Assembly (NCBI RefSeq): GCF_004353825.1
Contig: NZ_SMNA01000003.1
Span: forward strand, 248,001-312,000
Origin: Occultella glacieicola
GTDB lineage: Bacteria > Actinomycetota > Actinomycetes > Actinomycetales > Beutenbergiaceae
Length of the DNA stretch: 64,000 nucleotides
Direction of reading: 5' to 3'
The translations under genes were made by a program, and so were the position numbers. Under the pieces are notes generated by a model. That model saw nothing but the letters and a program-made list of their open reading frames with translations, made no database searches and was not told the DNA's origin. Shown piece by piece: positions 60,160 through 64,000 of the stretch. Positions within the stretch are counted from its first letter, which is position 1. Each line of letters opens with the position of its first letter.

Positions 60160-62171
60160 GTGAGCTCTCCACTTCCCACGCCCGCAGCACCCATCGGCCG
60201 AATCCCCGTCGTCGACGTCGGGCCCACCGTCGAGGGCGGACGCTGGCCCACCAAGGCGGTCGTCGGCGAGGTGATCCCGGTGCGCGCCACCGTGTTCCGG
60301 GAGGGGCATGACGCCGTCGCCGCGACCGCGGTCCTCACCCGCCCGGACGGCACCGACCACAGCAGGGTCCGGATGGTCGACGTCTCCCCCGGCAACGACC
60401 GGTACGAGGCCTGGGTCCAGCCCGACGCCGTCGGGACCTGGACGTTCCGCGTCGAGGGCTGGTCCGACCCGTACGGCACCTGGTCCCACGACGCGGTGCT
60501 GAAGGTGCACGCGGACGTCGACACCGAACTGATGCTGACCGAGGGCGCCCTGGTCCTCGAACAAGCCGCCACCGACCCGGCGATGACCGAGCAGCATCGC
60601 CGGGTCCTCGCCGATGCCGTCCTCGGACTGCAGGACTCCTCCCGCCCACCGGCGGCCCGACTGGCCGCCGGGACCTCTCCCGAGGTTCGGGACGTCCTCT
60701 CCGAGGTCCCGCTCCGGACGATGGTGTCGGCGAGCGCCGCCTACCCCCTGGTGGTCCACCGTCCTCGCGCCCTGTACGGCTCCTGGTACGAGCTGTTCCC
60801 CCGCTCCGAGGGCGCGCACCGGGACCCGAACACGGGCGTCTGGACCTCCGGCACCCTGCGCAGCGCGGCCGAGCGCCTGCCGGCGATCGCCGAGATGGGC
60901 TTCGACGTCGTCTACCTGACCCCGATCCACCCGATCGGCGCCACGAACCGCAAGGGCCGCAACAACACCCTCGGCGCCGAGCCCGGCGACCCCGGTTCCC
61001 CGTACGGGATCGGCGCGCCGGACGGTGGCCACGACGCGATCCACGCCGACCTCGGCACCTTCGACGACTTCGACGCCTTCGTCGACCGGGCCCGCGAACT
61101 GGGGCTCGAGGTCGCCCTGGACGTCGCGCTACAGGCCTCCCCGGACCACCCGTGGGTCGCCGAGCACCCCGAATGGTTCACCACCCGCGCGGACGGCACG
61201 ATCGCCTACGCCGAGAACCCGCCGAAGAAGTACCAGGACATCTACCCGCTGAACTTCGACAACGACCCGGACGGGATCTACACGGCCATCCGGGACGTGC
61301 TGCAGGTCTGGATCGACCACGGGGTGACCCTGTTCCGGGTGGACAACCCGCACACGAAGCCGTTGCCGTTCTGGGAACGCATCCTCGCCGACATCGCGGC
61401 CGACCACCCGGACGTGATCTTCCTGTCCGAGGCGTTCACCCGCCCGGCCATGATGCGCACGCTCGCCACCGTCGGGTTCCACCAGTCCTACACCTACTTC
61501 ACCTGGCGGCACTCGAAGACCGAGCTCGCGGAGTACTTCACCGAGGTGGCCGGCGATTCCGCCGCCGTGATGCGGCCGAGTTTCTGGCCGACCACCCACG
61601 ACATCCTGACCCCGTACATGCAGCAGGGCGGGGCGGCCGCGTTCGCCATCCGGGCGGTCCTCGCGGCCACCGGCTCCCCGACGTGGGGCATCTACTCCGG
61701 CTACGAGCTGGCCGAGCACATCGCCCGGCCCGGCGCGGAGGAGCAGATCGACAACGAGAAGTACGAGTACAAACCGAGGGACTGGGAGCGGGCGCGGGAG
61801 CAGTTCGGGCTGACCACGCTGCTGACGATGCTGAACCGGATCCGCCGGGACCATCCGGCGCTGCAACAACTCCGGAACATCACCATCCACCCCACGTCCG
61901 ACGACGCCACCCTCTGCTACTCCAGGCGGATCCGGGCCGAGCACTCCCCCACCGGGAAGGAGGACGTGGTGATCGTGGTGGTCAACCTCGACCCGTTCAC
62001 GACCCGGGACTCGCTGCTGCATCTGGATCTGGCCGCCCTGGGGCTCACCGGCCAGGACGCGTTCGCTGCCCACGACGAGCTCTCCGGCGAGACCTATTCG
62101 TGGGGCGCGAACCCGTTCGTACGCCTGGATCCGTGGGGCCGCTCGGCGCACATCGTCCAGGTGAGGCCGTC

Positions 62172-62175
<4 letters not shown>
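60160..62175 (+). CDS. glgE: Alpha-1,4-glucan:maltose-1-phosphate maltosyltransferase
   Basis: 'VFREGHD', 'WYELFPRS', 'AENPPKKYQDIYP', 'FRVDNPHTKP', 'EAFTRP'. Confidence 0.96.

Positions 62176-64000
<1,825 letters not shown>

Noticed and set aside
57495..60311. 938-aa plus-strand ORF
   Set aside because: Antisense shadow of glgP

Overview
A 64-kb chromosomal window from a very GC-rich actinobacterium (gene content suggests Micrococcales; inference). It contains no rRNA, tRNA, CRISPR array, IS or prophage. The conserved core is ligA, mnmA-iscS, etfBA, trpS and the alpha-glucan genes glgX, glgP, glgE and treS (treS runs off the window). Accessory modules are interleaved with it: the 5-oxoprolinase pxpABC, a cobalamin-riboswitch-controlled ECF importer with a surface protein and a divergent adenosyltransferase, a ROK-regulated sugar ABC/oxidoreductase/isomerase cluster, a pepA-abgT-SLC13 operon, a PecS/PecM-like pair, and an HxlR regulator with two tandem imine-reductase-like genes. 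The most unusual items are: a ~1,340-aa sortase-anchored repeat protein divergent from an orphan phage tail-collar gene; an HTH-vWA operon behind overlapping palindromes; a frameshifted AbiEi/DUF559-type nuclease remnant and REP-like hairpins; two gene-remnant scars; a probable ATC start codon; a recurring GTGAC-N6-GTGAC motif; and many apparently leaderless genes. All family assignments come from motif recognition, not database searches.
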